Shown in pieces: positions 1 through 9,614 of a DNA stretch of 64,000 nt (positions are counted from its first letter, which is position 1; each line of letters starts with the position of its first letter). Made by a program: the position numbers and the translations under genes. Origin of the DNA: Bdellovibrionia bacterium (GTDB lineage Bacteria > Bdellovibrionota > Bdellovibrionia > Bdellovibrionales > JAGQZY01); the NCBI GenBank assembly GCA_030424665.1, contig JAUHWN010000001.1, forward strand, positions 55,223 to 119,222, read 5' to 3'. Below the pieces are notes generated by a model. The model was not told the origin of the DNA. It saw only the letters and a list, made by a program, of their open reading frames with translations, and did not search any database.

Positions 1-126
1 GGAATCTCCCGACTCGAAATGCGATCTAAGTCGCGAACGGGAAAAGGCGACCTCGGAGTGAATGCTCAACGAATCGAAGCTTTCCTCAGGGATGTGGAGT
101 CTAAATTAAGCGCTTCGGTTGCCTAA
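1..126 (+). CDS. 3' end of a gene that starts upstream of the window (unknown product)
   Basis: Frame 1 is open from base 1 to TAA at 124-126 (...GDLGVNAQRIEAFLRDVESKLSASVA*). No start lies in the window and the family is not recognised. Confidence 0.35.
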   Translation, partial: GISRLEMRSKSRTGKGDLGVNAQRIEAFLRDVESKLSASVA

Positions 127-146
127 AACCAAACTCTCTTGAAAAC

Positions 147-842
147 TCACATATTCATTTGATTGCGCAAAAAAAGCTTCATGCGGTCGAGCACCATCGG
201 TGGAATTTCATGGGCTCCAGCGAAGGGCAAAAGGTTCCCCTGCCATCCACCAGCTCGAAGAATGTCGCACAATAAATTGGCCATTTGAATTGATAGCAAT
301 GGATCCGACTCTCCGTGGCTTTGAAAGAAAGCCTGACCTTTACGCTGAATGGCTTTTTCTTGCCAATTCTTTTGGTCGAGAACTGTTCCTGAAAGCAAAA
401 CCGCACCGAGGCAGTTTTCGGACATATTCATGATGACATCTGTCGATAGCATGGCCCCCTGTGAGAACCCTCCAAGAATCAACTTTTCTTGGGGAACATT
501 TAATTCAAAAAGCATCTCACTCACCATGGATTGGGCCTGATCAAGACCTGGAGGCCGAGTATCGGCCATTTCTCTAAATTTGCCTTGGCTCATGGCCAAA
601 TCAAGCGCTTGAGTATCGATCGGAAACCAGGCCCTTCCCATCCAATGCCCCCCAAGTGGGACCTCTAGGGGACCGTTCGGAAAAACCCAACGCACATTCT
701 CGTTATCGATGAGCTGATGAAGAGGAAATAGATCTGCTGCATCTGCACCATATCCATGGAGCAAGACCACCGTATATTCGAAATCTTTAGGGTTCTTTAT
801 CAGACAGTCCAAGGGACCAATTTTTGACTGGGTTCTACTCAT
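147..842 (-). CDS. alpha/beta hydrolase, phospholipase/carboxylesterase family
   Basis: 231 aa. Nucleophile elbow GFSQGA, HGYGAD near the N-terminus, C-terminal His region (GAHEI). Overlaps the upstream small gene by 8 nt (operon). Confidence 0.8.
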   Translation of the reverse strand: MSRTQSKIGPLDCLIKNPKDFEYTVVLLHGYGADAADLFPLHQLIDNENVRWVFPNGPLEVPLGGHWMGRAWFPIDTQALDLAMSQGKFREMADTRPPGLDQAQSMVSEMLFELNVPQEKLILGGFSQGAMLSTDVIMNMSENCLGAVLLSGTVLDQKNWQEKAIQRKGQAFFQSHGESDPLLSIQMANLLCDILRAGGWQGNLLPFAGAHEIPPMVLDRMKLFLRNQMNM

Positions 843-1029
843 TGAGGGCTCCGGCGTTGAAAGAAATAAGCTCCAGATCCTCTATACTATATGTTACCTG
901 AATTGGGCGACAACAAACCTCGCAATCCTCAATAAAACTCTGCCCCTCCACAGAGGGATCCAAAAGCATTGAAATTTGACTCCAGCAGTAAGGACAAGTA
1001 AAAAAGTGTTCTAATTGGTTCATGCACAA
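835..1029 (-). CDS. CPXCG-motif cysteine-rich small protein
   Basis: 64 aa with CPYC ... CEVCC, a layout typical of the CPXCG zinc-ribbon family. Translationally coupled to the hydrolase. Confidence 0.65.
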   Translation of the reverse strand: MCMNQLEHFFTCPYCWSQISMLLDPSVEGQSFIEDCEVCCRPIQVTYSIEDLELISFNAGALNE

Positions 1030-1150
1030 TGAGAATGATGGCCATCACTGATTGACTCAATGAATTATATGCCGCGATAGACTCAAATGACTCAATTTTT
1101 AATATTGGTCGATCCTAGTCGCCAATCAGAAAAATTCCACGGGGAAAAAT

Positions 1151-3784
1151 ATGAAACATAGCGATCCAAAACCGATTTATCTCAAGGACTACAAGCAACC
1201 AAACTACTTGCCTGAAAAAATCGATCTCACCTTTGAAATCGACTTACCGACCACACGGGTTACTGCAACGACAGTCTACAAAAAAAATGGTCATGGCCAC
1301 TTTAGCAATACAATGGAACTCAATGGAAGCTTCTTTCAACTAGAGAGTATTCACATCAATGAAGAAGAGTTGGCAACAGATCGACTGAAAATTAAAGACG
1401 AAGTTCTTCACCTCGAAAATCTTCCCGACGAATTCACTCTTGAGGTCGTTAGTATTCTACAGCCAGAAAAAAATACGGCTCTTGAAGGGCTTTATAAATC
1501 AGGTGAAATTCTTTGTACTCAAAACGAGGCCGAAGGGTTTCGCCGTATTACCTATTTTCAAGATCGCCCCGACGTCATGACCAGTTACACAACGAGCATT
1601 ATCGCCGATAAAGATCGTTTTCCATTTTTATTATCTAATGGGAATCTCGTTGAAGAAAAGGAACTTGCCGACAATAAAAAACTCTGCAAATGGCACGACC
1701 CGCATAAAAAGCCATGCTACCTCTACGCTCTCGTGGCCGGAGACCTTGGGCTCATCGAAGATCACTTTACGACCCAGTCCGGTCGCAATGTGAAGCTGCA
1801 ACTCTTTGTTGATAAAGGCGATGAAGACAGAGCCCATCACGCCATGGAATCTTTGAAAAAATCCATGAAGTGGGACGAAGAGACCTATGGGCTCGAATAC
1901 GACTTAGATATTTACATGATTGTTTCTGTTCATAGCTTCAATGCGGGCGCTATGGAAAATAAAGGTCTGAATATATTCAATTCGAAATATGTTTTAGCCA
2001 ACCCCAATACTGCAACTGACGACGAATACGAAGCGATTCAAGGGGTTATTGGTCACGAATACTTTCACAATTGGTCGGGTAACCGCGTGACTTGTCGAGA
2101 TTGGTTTCAACTATCACTAAAAGAAGGACTCACTGTTTATCGTGATCAAGAGTTCACTTCCGACATGACCTCACGACCCGTGAAGAGAATTAATGACGTC
2201 AACATGCTAAGAACAAATCAGTTTGCAGAAGATTCAGGCCCCATGGCCCATCCGGTAAGACCGGCTTCATATATTTCTGTGAATAACTTCTATACTTTGA
2301 CGGTTTACGAAAAAGGTTCAGAGGTTGTTCGTATGATTCACACGATTATCGGAGACAAAAACTTTAAGAAAGGACTCACCGAGTACTTCAATCGATTTGA
2401 TGGACAGGCAGTGACCACAGACGACTTTGTTTTAGTGATGGAAGAAGTCTCTGGCGTCGACCTGAAGCAATTCAAAAATTGGTACTCCCAGGCCGGGACC
2501 CCTGAAGTTAGTGTTTCTTGGAATTTCGACGAGGCCTCCCAGTCCTATGCCTTAACCATGAAACAAAGTTCTAAACCGTCTCCGAACCAAGCAAAGAAGG
2601 AACACTATCACATCCCCGTTAAAACGGCGTTTTTTGACGAAAATGGATCTCAGCTCGAGTTTGAAGTTTCGGGTAGCAAGTACATTGAAAAAGTTTTTCA
2701 CCTTAACCAAGGAGAACAAACTTTCAAAATCAATGGATTAAAAAAAGGGGCTACTCCATCAATCCTTAGGAATTTTTCGGCTCCGGTGAATTTAAATACC
2801 TCCCATTCAGAAGAAGAACTCTGCTTTCTGTTCGCAAAGGATACGGATCAGTTCAATCGTTGGGATAGCGGCCAAAAGCTCTCGCTTAAATATATATTAA
2901 ACAACATAAAAAATTTGAATTCTTCTAAGGATCAAGAAATACCGAACTTCTATTTAAATTCTTTTCAATCGATTCTTGATGATAAGACGATCGATCCATC
3001 CTTTAAGTCTCAACTCTTAATTATTCCGGACGATACCTACATCAATCAATTTGTTGAAGAAATTGATCCTTATGTGATTTTTGAAGCCAGAGAATACCTC
3101 CGCAAAAAAATCGCAGGCCAGTACAAGGATCAACTTCTGGAATTGTACAACCAGCTTTTAAAAGAAACTCCAAACACGATTGATCCACAGGCAATTTCAA
3201 ACCGAAAATTGAAGAATTCCATCTTGGGCCTTCTATCGGCTCTTGAGGACTCCTGCATTCATGAAATTGCAAACGATCAGTACAAAAACGCAAAAAATAT
3301 GACCGATCGCCTTTCAGCGCTCGCCTACCTCAACAATGTCTCTGGAGAGTTGCGCGAAAATGCCATGGCTGATTTTTACCAACAATTCTCGAATGACACA
3401 CTAACAATGGATAAATGGTTCACACTTCACGCTACCAGTGAGTTGCCGGGTGGATTGGAAAGAATAAAAAATGTGATGAATGATCCGACCTTTGATATAA
3501 AAACTCCCAATAAAGTTTACTCTCTTCTCTATCGATTTGGTCGCTTGAATACTAAGAACTTCCACGATCCAAACGGCGCGTCTTACGAATTTTATAAGGA
3601 CCAAATTTTAAAGATCGATCAGTTAAATCCACAGGTAGCTTCGCGCTTGACAGGTGTATTTAATTTATGGAAGAGATATGAACCAAAACGCAGGGACCTC
3701 ATAAAAACTCAGCTCGAAAACATTGTAAAACAGGATGGCCTTTCAAATAATGTTTTCGAAATCGCTTCAAAAGCACTGAGCTAA
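1151..3784 (+). CDS. pepN: aminopeptidase N (M1 family)
   Basis: 877 aa. GAMEN exopeptidase motif and HEYFHNWSGNRVTCRDWFQLSLKEG (HEXXH-18-E zinc site). Confidence 0.95.
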   Translation: MKHSDPKPIYLKDYKQPNYLPEKIDLTFEIDLPTTRVTATTVYKKNGHGHFSNTMELNGSFFQLESIHINEEELATDRLKIKDEVLHLENLPDEFTLEVVSILQPEKNTALEGLYKSGEILCTQNEAEGFRRITYFQDRPDVMTSYTTSIIADKDRFPFLLSNGNLVEEKELADNKKLCKWHDPHKKPCYLYALVAGDLGLIEDHFTTQSGRNVKLQLFVDKGDEDRAHHAMESLKKSMKWDEETYGLEYDLDIYMIVSVHSFNAGAMENKGLNIFNSKYVLANPNTATDDEYEAIQGVIGHEYFHNWSGNRVTCRDWFQLSLKEGLTVYRDQEFTSDMTSRPVKRINDVNMLRTNQFAEDSGPMAHPVRPASYISVNNFYTLTVYEKGSEVVRMIHTIIGDKNFKKGLTEYFNRFDGQAVTTDDFVLVMEEVSGVDLKQFKNWYSQAGTPEVSVSWNFDEASQSYALTMKQSSKPSPNQAKKEHYHIPVKTAFFDENGSQLEFEVSGSKYIEKVFHLNQGEQTFKINGLKKGATPSILRNFSAPVNLNTSHSEEELCFLFAKDTDQFNRWDSGQKLSLKYILNNIKNLNSSKDQEIPNFYLNSFQSILDDKTIDPSFKSQLLIIPDDTYINQFVEEIDPYVIFEAREYLRKKIAGQYKDQLLELYNQLLKETPNTIDPQAISNRKLKNSILGLLSALEDSCIHEIANDQYKNAKNMTDRLSALAYLNNVSGELRENAMADFYQQFSNDTLTMDKWFTLHATSELPGGLERIKNVMNDPTFDIKTPNKVYSLLYRFGRLNTKNFHDPNGASYEFYKDQILKIDQLNPQVASRLTGVFNLWKRYEPKRRDLIKTQLENIVKQDGLSNNVFEIASKALS

Positions 3785-3801
3785 AAAGGAATCGAGGAAA
3801 A

Positions 3802-4701
3802 ATGAAAACAATCATCGCAATTACAATATTAATTTTAGCGACTTCTTATAGCGCTCAAAGTCTTGCTTGCTCGTGTCTAGGCTGGGCCAATGCTCAACAA
3901 ACTGCACTGGTCGATGGCGCCATAGTCGCTAAAGTGAGTACGTCAGCCATCAGTCAAAGAGGGATGGGACTCCTCAATGTAGAGAAAGTTTTAAAAGGCG
4001 AACTGACAGAACAGAACATTTCTGTTCTCGGTCAAGATGGTGGCAATTGCGCGGGCCCGGTCCTGCTCCCTTCTGAAGGATCTTGGATTGCGATTTTTTC
4101 TCAAGACCAAGATGGCAAGTATTCACTCTACGGTTGTGCTGACACTTCTCTAAAAATTAGTTCTGAAGGAAAAATTTCAATGAATTTTTCTGAAGAAGTA
4201 TTGGTCAGTGAGGATGAATTCAAAAAACTTATCACGGAGAAAGCGCGCCCAACAGTTAAAGGGGCCAGTTGCCAAGCCACTGCTAGCCGAATTTACGTGA
4301 GCCATGACGTCGATAAAGGGGCCCTTCCTGATATCGATTTCTTTGACTACTTAAAGACCGACTTAGGAACTTCTGTTACCTACGCAAAAGACCTTTTCGG
4401 CGAAGGCCCTGGGATCGCTGCTCCACTTATTGTTAATTTAGGAGCTTACAAGGGATATAATAGTGAGTGGGAATATCGCATGGGCGTGCGCCTCACCGAA
4501 CCTTTCTTTGGTGTCACAAGCTATAGAGAATTCAAATTTGATATCCGGCAGGCTTTCAAACTTGGAACTATCAGCCTATCGACCTATCAAGATGTAAATG
4601 GACAATGGGGCGAAAATTTTGGTGAAGATCCATTTTACGCTTATGAGGCCGGGGCAAATTGTGGCCTAATCCTCGGCGCACCTATCGTCGAAATCAATTA
4701 A
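3802..4701 (+). CDS. secreted hypothetical protein
   Basis: 299 aa. N-terminal signal peptide (MKTIIAITILILATSYSAQS), no recognised domain. 18 nt downstream of pepN. Confidence 0.55.
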   Translation: MKTIIAITILILATSYSAQSLACSCLGWANAQQTALVDGAIVAKVSTSAISQRGMGLLNVEKVLKGELTEQNISVLGQDGGNCAGPVLLPSEGSWIAIFSQDQDGKYSLYGCADTSLKISSEGKISMNFSEEVLVSEDEFKKLITEKARPTVKGASCQATASRIYVSHDVDKGALPDIDFFDYLKTDLGTSVTYAKDLFGEGPGIAAPLIVNLGAYKGYNSEWEYRMGVRLTEPFFGVTSYREFKFDIRQAFKLGTISLSTYQDVNGQWGENFGEDPFYAYEAGANCGLILGAPIVEIN

Positions 4702-4835
4702 TACCGCAACGACGAGGAAACATCCTCTCACAGTAGTAATGATTAAAATTCGTATTTTCGAGGCGTGAGGAGGAAGCTGTATTCCTAATACCGCAACGAC
4801 GAAGCAACAAAGAAAATATGAATTTTAGTCATTAC

Positions 4836-5210
4836 TTAATGGTCTAAAGATTCTTGGATGAGCACGTATGGATGTGCAATCAAAGTTCGGAAAGTCTTAT
4901 CCGGACTTTGACTCCAATCGTAGATCTGTTCCCGAGTGGGCTTTGAGAGCTTGCGCGTTTCAATCCAAGATTTAATGAGCTCTGCATTATCTGAAACAAC
5001 CTCGTAAGCTGTCTTCACCAAATCTAAGTCAGACGCGACAAGAATATACATATCTTTCAATGCTTGAGGCTGTAGTAACTTCCAAGGAACACGCTCAATG
5101 GAGCGTTCAAGAGCATGAATTTGACTTTCTTCTTTGCTACTCACGAAACCTCCTACTAACCTTATCGGCTCATCAGGAGGCTTTGTAAGCAAATGCTCAT
5201 AATGAGTCAA
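4836..5210 (-). CDS. DUF2288-like protein
   Basis: 124 aa. The central block VPWKLLQ...ILVASDLDLVKTAYEVVSDNAELIKSWIE...KPT.EQ resembles the DUF2288 family pattern. Confidence 0.5.
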   Translation of the reverse strand: MTHYEHLLTKPPDEPIRLVGGFVSSKEESQIHALERSIERVPWKLLQPQALKDMYILVASDLDLVKTAYEVVSDNAELIKSWIETRKLSKPTREQIYDWSQSPDKTFRTLIAHPYVLIQESLDH

Positions 5211-5232
5211 ACATTAAACTAATTTTAGCATT

Positions 5233-6048
5233 TTATAGGGCTTTTACCTTGTCGACTGGGTTTTGCTCGCCAGACATTTGTTTAAGTTCCTCGAAACCAG
5301 GCAAATTCGAAAGATCTGGTACAATAATAATCTCGATTCTTCGGTTCTGTTGGCGTCCCTCTTTGGTATCATTGGAAGCCACAGGATTGTATTCGCCAAA
5401 ACTCGCTGCCGAAATTCGATCGGCTGAAAGGCCCGCCTCGATCATTTTTTTAAGAACTCGCAATGATCGAGCCGATGCTAAATCCCAATTCGAAGGAAAA
5501 ACTTTTGTTCTAATCGGCACGTTATCCGTGTGACCTTCTACCTGGTATTTCTTTTCTGGAATGGAGGCCAATAAGAGAGCAACTTCTTCAATAGCTGCAG
5601 AACCATCTTTTGAAAGTCGAGCAGACCCAGAAGAAAATAGAACATCACTATTCAATGCTACTACCATTCTTCCGTCCATAATTTTTACCGATAGGCGACC
5701 GGTATCAATAAATTTTTTGAACTTACTAGTGAGATCCCGAAATTCTTTAATTCTCTTTTCGGTTTCTTGCTTTCTCTTAGTTAGATCGGCAATGGCCTCT
5801 TGCATTTCTTTGACTGAAGCCTGAAGTTTCGATTTATCTCTCGAGGTATTGCCCAATTGATTCTGCAACTCGGTAATAAGTAGTCTCATTTCTTCAATTT
5901 TAGAGTTAGACTGTTCTAGCTGCTTTTGCAGGTCACCTTTTTGTGCATCCGTTGACTTATATTTTTTCTCTAATTCTTCGTACTTACTTGAAGAGACACA
6001 GCCCGAGAAAACCATCAAAGATAATATTGCTATAATTATTTGTTTCAC
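5233..6048 (-). CDS. OmpA-family lipoprotein with coiled-coil N-terminal half
   Basis: 271 aa. Lipobox VFSGC, a heptad-like charged region, and a C-terminal OmpA/MotB peptidoglycan-binding domain (GHTDNVPI...SNWDLASARS...NRRIEIII). Confidence 0.85.
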   Translation of the reverse strand: MKQIIIAILSLMVFSGCVSSSKYEELEKKYKSTDAQKGDLQKQLEQSNSKIEEMRLLITELQNQLGNTSRDKSKLQASVKEMQEAIADLTKRKQETEKRIKEFRDLTSKFKKFIDTGRLSVKIMDGRMVVALNSDVLFSSGSARLSKDGSAAIEEVALLLASIPEKKYQVEGHTDNVPIRTKVFPSNWDLASARSLRVLKKMIEAGLSADRISAASFGEYNPVASNDTKEGRQQNRRIEIIIVPDLSNLPGFEELKQMSGEQNPVDKVKAL

Positions 6049-6093
6049 TCTATAACCTCATTTACTATCGGAAATACTCCATAGCATAGTATT

Positions 6094-6714
6094 TTGACTG
6101 AAATTAACAAGGCTTTTTCAATGATACAGAATGAAGTGTTAGAAATTTGGTTTGGCGACACCGAATCCCTCATCCCCCCTGAGGCCCATCGAAAGAGGTG
6201 GTTCGCAAAAAATCGAGATTTTGATAGTTTTCTCACTGAGCGATTTAAAGTTCTCATCGAAAGAGGATATGACGAGGCCGCAAGGGAGTTTGACAACAGC
6301 CCACTCGGCGGTCTCGCTCAGATTATTCTCTTTGATCAGTTCTCAAGAAATATTTTTAGAGGGTCACCTAAGGCGTTTGCCAATGATAGCCAGAATCTCC
6401 AGTTCGCTCAGAGTTATATTGAACAAAAAAAGGACTCCCAGCTAACGCCCCACCAGGCGGCCTTTTGCTATATGCCATTGATGCACTCAGAGAACTTGGA
6501 TCACCAAGAAAAGTGCATCGCCCTATTTGAAGCTCTGATCGAAGGGGCTCAAGATGAGTTAAAAAGCCATCTAGACGGGTTTTTAAAAGCTGCCCACTAT
6601 CATAAAGAACCCATTGAGCGATTTGGTCGCTTCCCCTATCGGAACGAAGTACTCGGCAGAGAGTCTACTCCAGATGAAATTGAGTTTCTCAAATCTCAGG
6701 ATTCATGGCCCTAG
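6094..6714 (+). CDS. DUF924 family protein
   Basis: 206 aa. WFG...RKRWF...FD..L..RF and FDQFSRN blocks typical of DUF924. ATG at 6121 is an alternative start. Confidence 0.65.
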   Translation: MTEINKAFSMIQNEVLEIWFGDTESLIPPEAHRKRWFAKNRDFDSFLTERFKVLIERGYDEAAREFDNSPLGGLAQIILFDQFSRNIFRGSPKAFANDSQNLQFAQSYIEQKKDSQLTPHQAAFCYMPLMHSENLDHQEKCIALFEALIEGAQDELKSHLDGFLKAAHYHKEPIERFGRFPYRNEVLGRESTPDEIEFLKSQDSWP

Positions 6715-6884
6715 GCAGAAGGCGCAGCAGCACTGGATTTGCGGGTTTTTGTCTCAATATAGGACTTTAGTCGTGCTTATAGCGTCTTTTCATAATCTTG
6801 TTTTGGAAATACCTAAAAGGGTTAGATAATAGAGGGTAGCTAAGGACTAGGAGGTGAGATTTCAATCCAGTTTCTGCACGCGCC

Positions 6885-7388
6885 TTGTTATTAAACGCCA
6901 GTTATGAACCTATGAAGGTCGTCGACTGGCGGAAGGCATTGATTCTTTGGTTCCAAGATAAAGTAGAGATTTTAGAATTTCATACGGTTTTTGCTCGAAG
7001 CCCGAGTGAAACCTTCAGACTTCCCAGCGTTCTTCGACTCAAACGCTACATTCGCAGTACTCACAACAATAAAATTAGATTTTGTAGAGAGAACGTCTAT
7101 CTTCGTGATGACTATTCTTGCCAATACTGCGGCAACGAGTTTGAACGAAAAGAACTGACTCTAGATCACATTTTTCCAGCCTCCAAGGGCGGCGGCAAAT
7201 CATGGACTAACGTAGTTACAGCTTGTCGTAAATGTAATCAGAAAAAGGGAAATCGAACTCCCGAGCAGGCAAGAATGCCTTTAAAAAAGCCCGCTCTCGA
7301 GCCGGAATGGTTACCCCAAAAAGAGATCAGTTTCTGTGATCAGGAGTCACCACCGGTCTGGCTCAATTATTTATTTGGCCATGATTAG
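6885..7388 (+). CDS. HNH endonuclease
   Basis: 167 aa. CQYCG...LTLDHIFPASKGG..WTNVVTACRKCNQKKGNRTPEQA (HNH/zinc-finger core). TTG start. Confidence 0.85.
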   Translation: MLLNASYEPMKVVDWRKALILWFQDKVEILEFHTVFARSPSETFRLPSVLRLKRYIRSTHNNKIRFCRENVYLRDDYSCQYCGNEFERKELTLDHIFPASKGGGKSWTNVVTACRKCNQKKGNRTPEQARMPLKKPALEPEWLPQKEISFCDQESPPVWLNYLFGHD

Positions 7389-7432
7389 CTAGTCGGACCA
7401 GAGATTTATTTGAATGAATAAGTCCCCTTTAT

Positions 7433-9094
7433 ATGCTACATATAGAGAAAAGGTTGATCATGGCAAAAAGCTCAGTAGTCGAACGAACATATTATTACCT
7501 CACACAACTCATTAGTGAAACAAACGGCCTGAGTTTAGAAAATACGATTGAACTTCTTCTTCAATCGCCACTTTCTGAACAGGACAAGGAGGTTCAAGAG
7601 ACCGTCGATGAGTTTATGGCCCTTCTTTCCCACTTCCAAATCGACCAAACTGATATTGAGTCACTTCTTAATCACCCCGTTTCTGAATCTTTGTTTCTTT
7701 TTTTCAAGAATTTTCCTTTAAAATATAACGAAGAACATATTCACCTTACGGGCTCTCTCAACGCTGAGTTTATCTTTCCGAGAATAAAGAAATTACTCGA
7801 TGGACCTCATAAAGAAATCTATCAAAAACGAATCACCGACGTTTACGGGCACGATGCTCTACCGATAAATACCCCCGAAGACATCGATAAACTTATTCGC
7901 CTAAGACCCGAGGACGGATTTGACCAGTACTTAAAAATACTCTTGTTACCAAAATTGATTCTCATCGATCGGCAAGCTCATGAGGAGGCTACCTACCATT
8001 TAGCTAGTGAACTTTGGCATAAATATAATGTTGGATCGATCCGGCTTAAATTCACCCTTTCAAGAGCGACAAGCGATCAAACCGAAAAAGTTCCTGGTGC
8101 AGAGGAACTTTCCCCCGAAGACGTTATTATGGGCCTGTACTCTGGCTTCCAGAAGTTTAAGTTAGAACATCCCGAGTTTGATTTTATTCTTTCACCATGT
8201 TTTCGCAAAGAACCCAGCTTTTTTGACTCGAAGGCTTTCAAAAGTAAAGGTGAGCACTTTAACTACCAAGTCCAATCCATGCTCGAAGTTTTAGAAAAAT
8301 TCCCTGAACTTTCTAAGCATCTGGTTGAAATTGACACCGTTGGAAGTGAAAAAGACCTTTTTAGAAAACAACATTTCAATGAAATGAAGATTGGTCTAAG
8401 AAAACTCCAATCCCGTGGCTTTGCAGTTCGAAGTCACCACGGCGAAACCTGGCACACTTTAAAAAAGGGTATTCAGGCCGTGGATAATGCTATGAATATT
8501 TGGCATATCGATGCTCTCGAACATGGACTCAGTCTCGGTATTAATCCCAATTTTTATTTTCACAGCCTATTTCAAAGAATTATTCTCCACAATCAAAGAG
8601 GAGAAGGAATCCAAGTCGGTACGCCCGAGTATAACGAACTCCACGATATGGATTGGTTAGGCAGAGTCGATGTATTAGAAAAAATACTGGCAGGTGAAAA
8701 ACTCAATGAAGAGGAATTAACCATCTTCACAAAAACAAAATTTCACTTGGCGCGAGAGGTTGAAGGGTACCAACACGACATTTTGAATCGAGTGATTGAT
8801 AAACAATTACAACTCATAGCACTTCCCTCCTCAAACAAAGAACTAACCGGTCAGTTTGAAGACTATAAAGACCATCCTTTTTCTTGGTGGGAGAAAAAAG
8901 GAATGAAGCTTGGTGTAGGAACAGATAATTACATTACGCTTAGAACAAACTTCATTCGGGAAATGCTTATTCTTCTCTACACTGACCCCACCTATCTTAA
9001 AATCACCAAACTTCTTATAGTTGCCACAGGTGAAAGCCGTAGACCCTTGATCAGCCAGCTTCTCTGGGATATGAGAAAAAAGGTAAAACTGTAA
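7433..9094 (+). CDS. adenosine/AMP-deaminase-like metal-dependent hydrolase with ~100-aa N-terminal extension
   Basis: 553 aa. Deaminase-superfamily motifs in order: HIHLTGSL (HxH), SHHGETW (HAGE-like), ALEHGLSL (RIGHG-like), GVGTDNY (TDDP-like, second Asp replaced by Asn). ATG 7460 is an alternative start. Confidence 0.65.
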   Translation: MLHIEKRLIMAKSSVVERTYYYLTQLISETNGLSLENTIELLLQSPLSEQDKEVQETVDEFMALLSHFQIDQTDIESLLNHPVSESLFLFFKNFPLKYNEEHIHLTGSLNAEFIFPRIKKLLDGPHKEIYQKRITDVYGHDALPINTPEDIDKLIRLRPEDGFDQYLKILLLPKLILIDRQAHEEATYHLASELWHKYNVGSIRLKFTLSRATSDQTEKVPGAEELSPEDVIMGLYSGFQKFKLEHPEFDFILSPCFRKEPSFFDSKAFKSKGEHFNYQVQSMLEVLEKFPELSKHLVEIDTVGSEKDLFRKQHFNEMKIGLRKLQSRGFAVRSHHGETWHTLKKGIQAVDNAMNIWHIDALEHGLSLGINPNFYFHSLFQRIILHNQRGEGIQVGTPEYNELHDMDWLGRVDVLEKILAGEKLNEEELTIFTKTKFHLAREVEGYQHDILNRVIDKQLQLIALPSSNKELTGQFEDYKDHPFSWWEKKGMKLGVGTDNYITLRTNFIREMLILLYTDPTYLKITKLLIVATGESRRPLISQLLWDMRKKVKL

Positions 9095-9105
9095 AAGGAA
9101 GTTCA

Positions 9106-9579
9106 TTGAAAAAAGTATTGTTTGTTTGCCTGGGAAACATTTGTCGTTCCCCCACGGCTGAATCCGTTTTTAATAGTATTTTGCGTTCTGAGAATAAATC
9201 TCGAGATTATATCGTAGATTCCGCAGGGACTTCGGCCCACCATGCCGGAGAACCTGCCGACCCACGAATGATTCGCCATGGCGAACTTCGTGGCTATAGG
9301 TTTGAGACTCTTTCTCGACCTTTTGTTAGGAAGGATTTCGACAATTTCGACTATATTTTTGCGATGGATCAGAGCAATTACGAAAATATCCTGAAACTCG
9401 ATCTAAATGGAGATTTTGAAAATAGAGTTTTCAGAATTATGGAATTTTCGCAAAAATTCGAGGAAAATGAAGTACCGGACCCTTATTATGGTGGTGCTCA
9501 GGGATTTGAATTAGTAATCGATATGCTTGAAGATGCTTGTAGAGAAATCTTCAATAAAATTGAAGCAGAAGAAATCTAA
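9106..9579 (+). CDS. low-molecular-weight protein-tyrosine phosphatase
   Basis: 157 aa. Active-site loop VCLGNICRSPTAE (CX5R-S/T) and DPYYG near the C-terminus. TTG start preceded by AAGGAAG. Confidence 0.9.
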   Translation: MKKVLFVCLGNICRSPTAESVFNSILRSENKSRDYIVDSAGTSAHHAGEPADPRMIRHGELRGYRFETLSRPFVRKDFDNFDYIFAMDQSNYENILKLDLNGDFENRVFRIMEFSQKFEENEVPDPYYGGAQGFELVIDMLEDACREIFNKIEAEEI

Positions 9580-9614
9580 GTTTTAAAAGAAGATAGCCAC
9601 AGTGGATTGATGCA

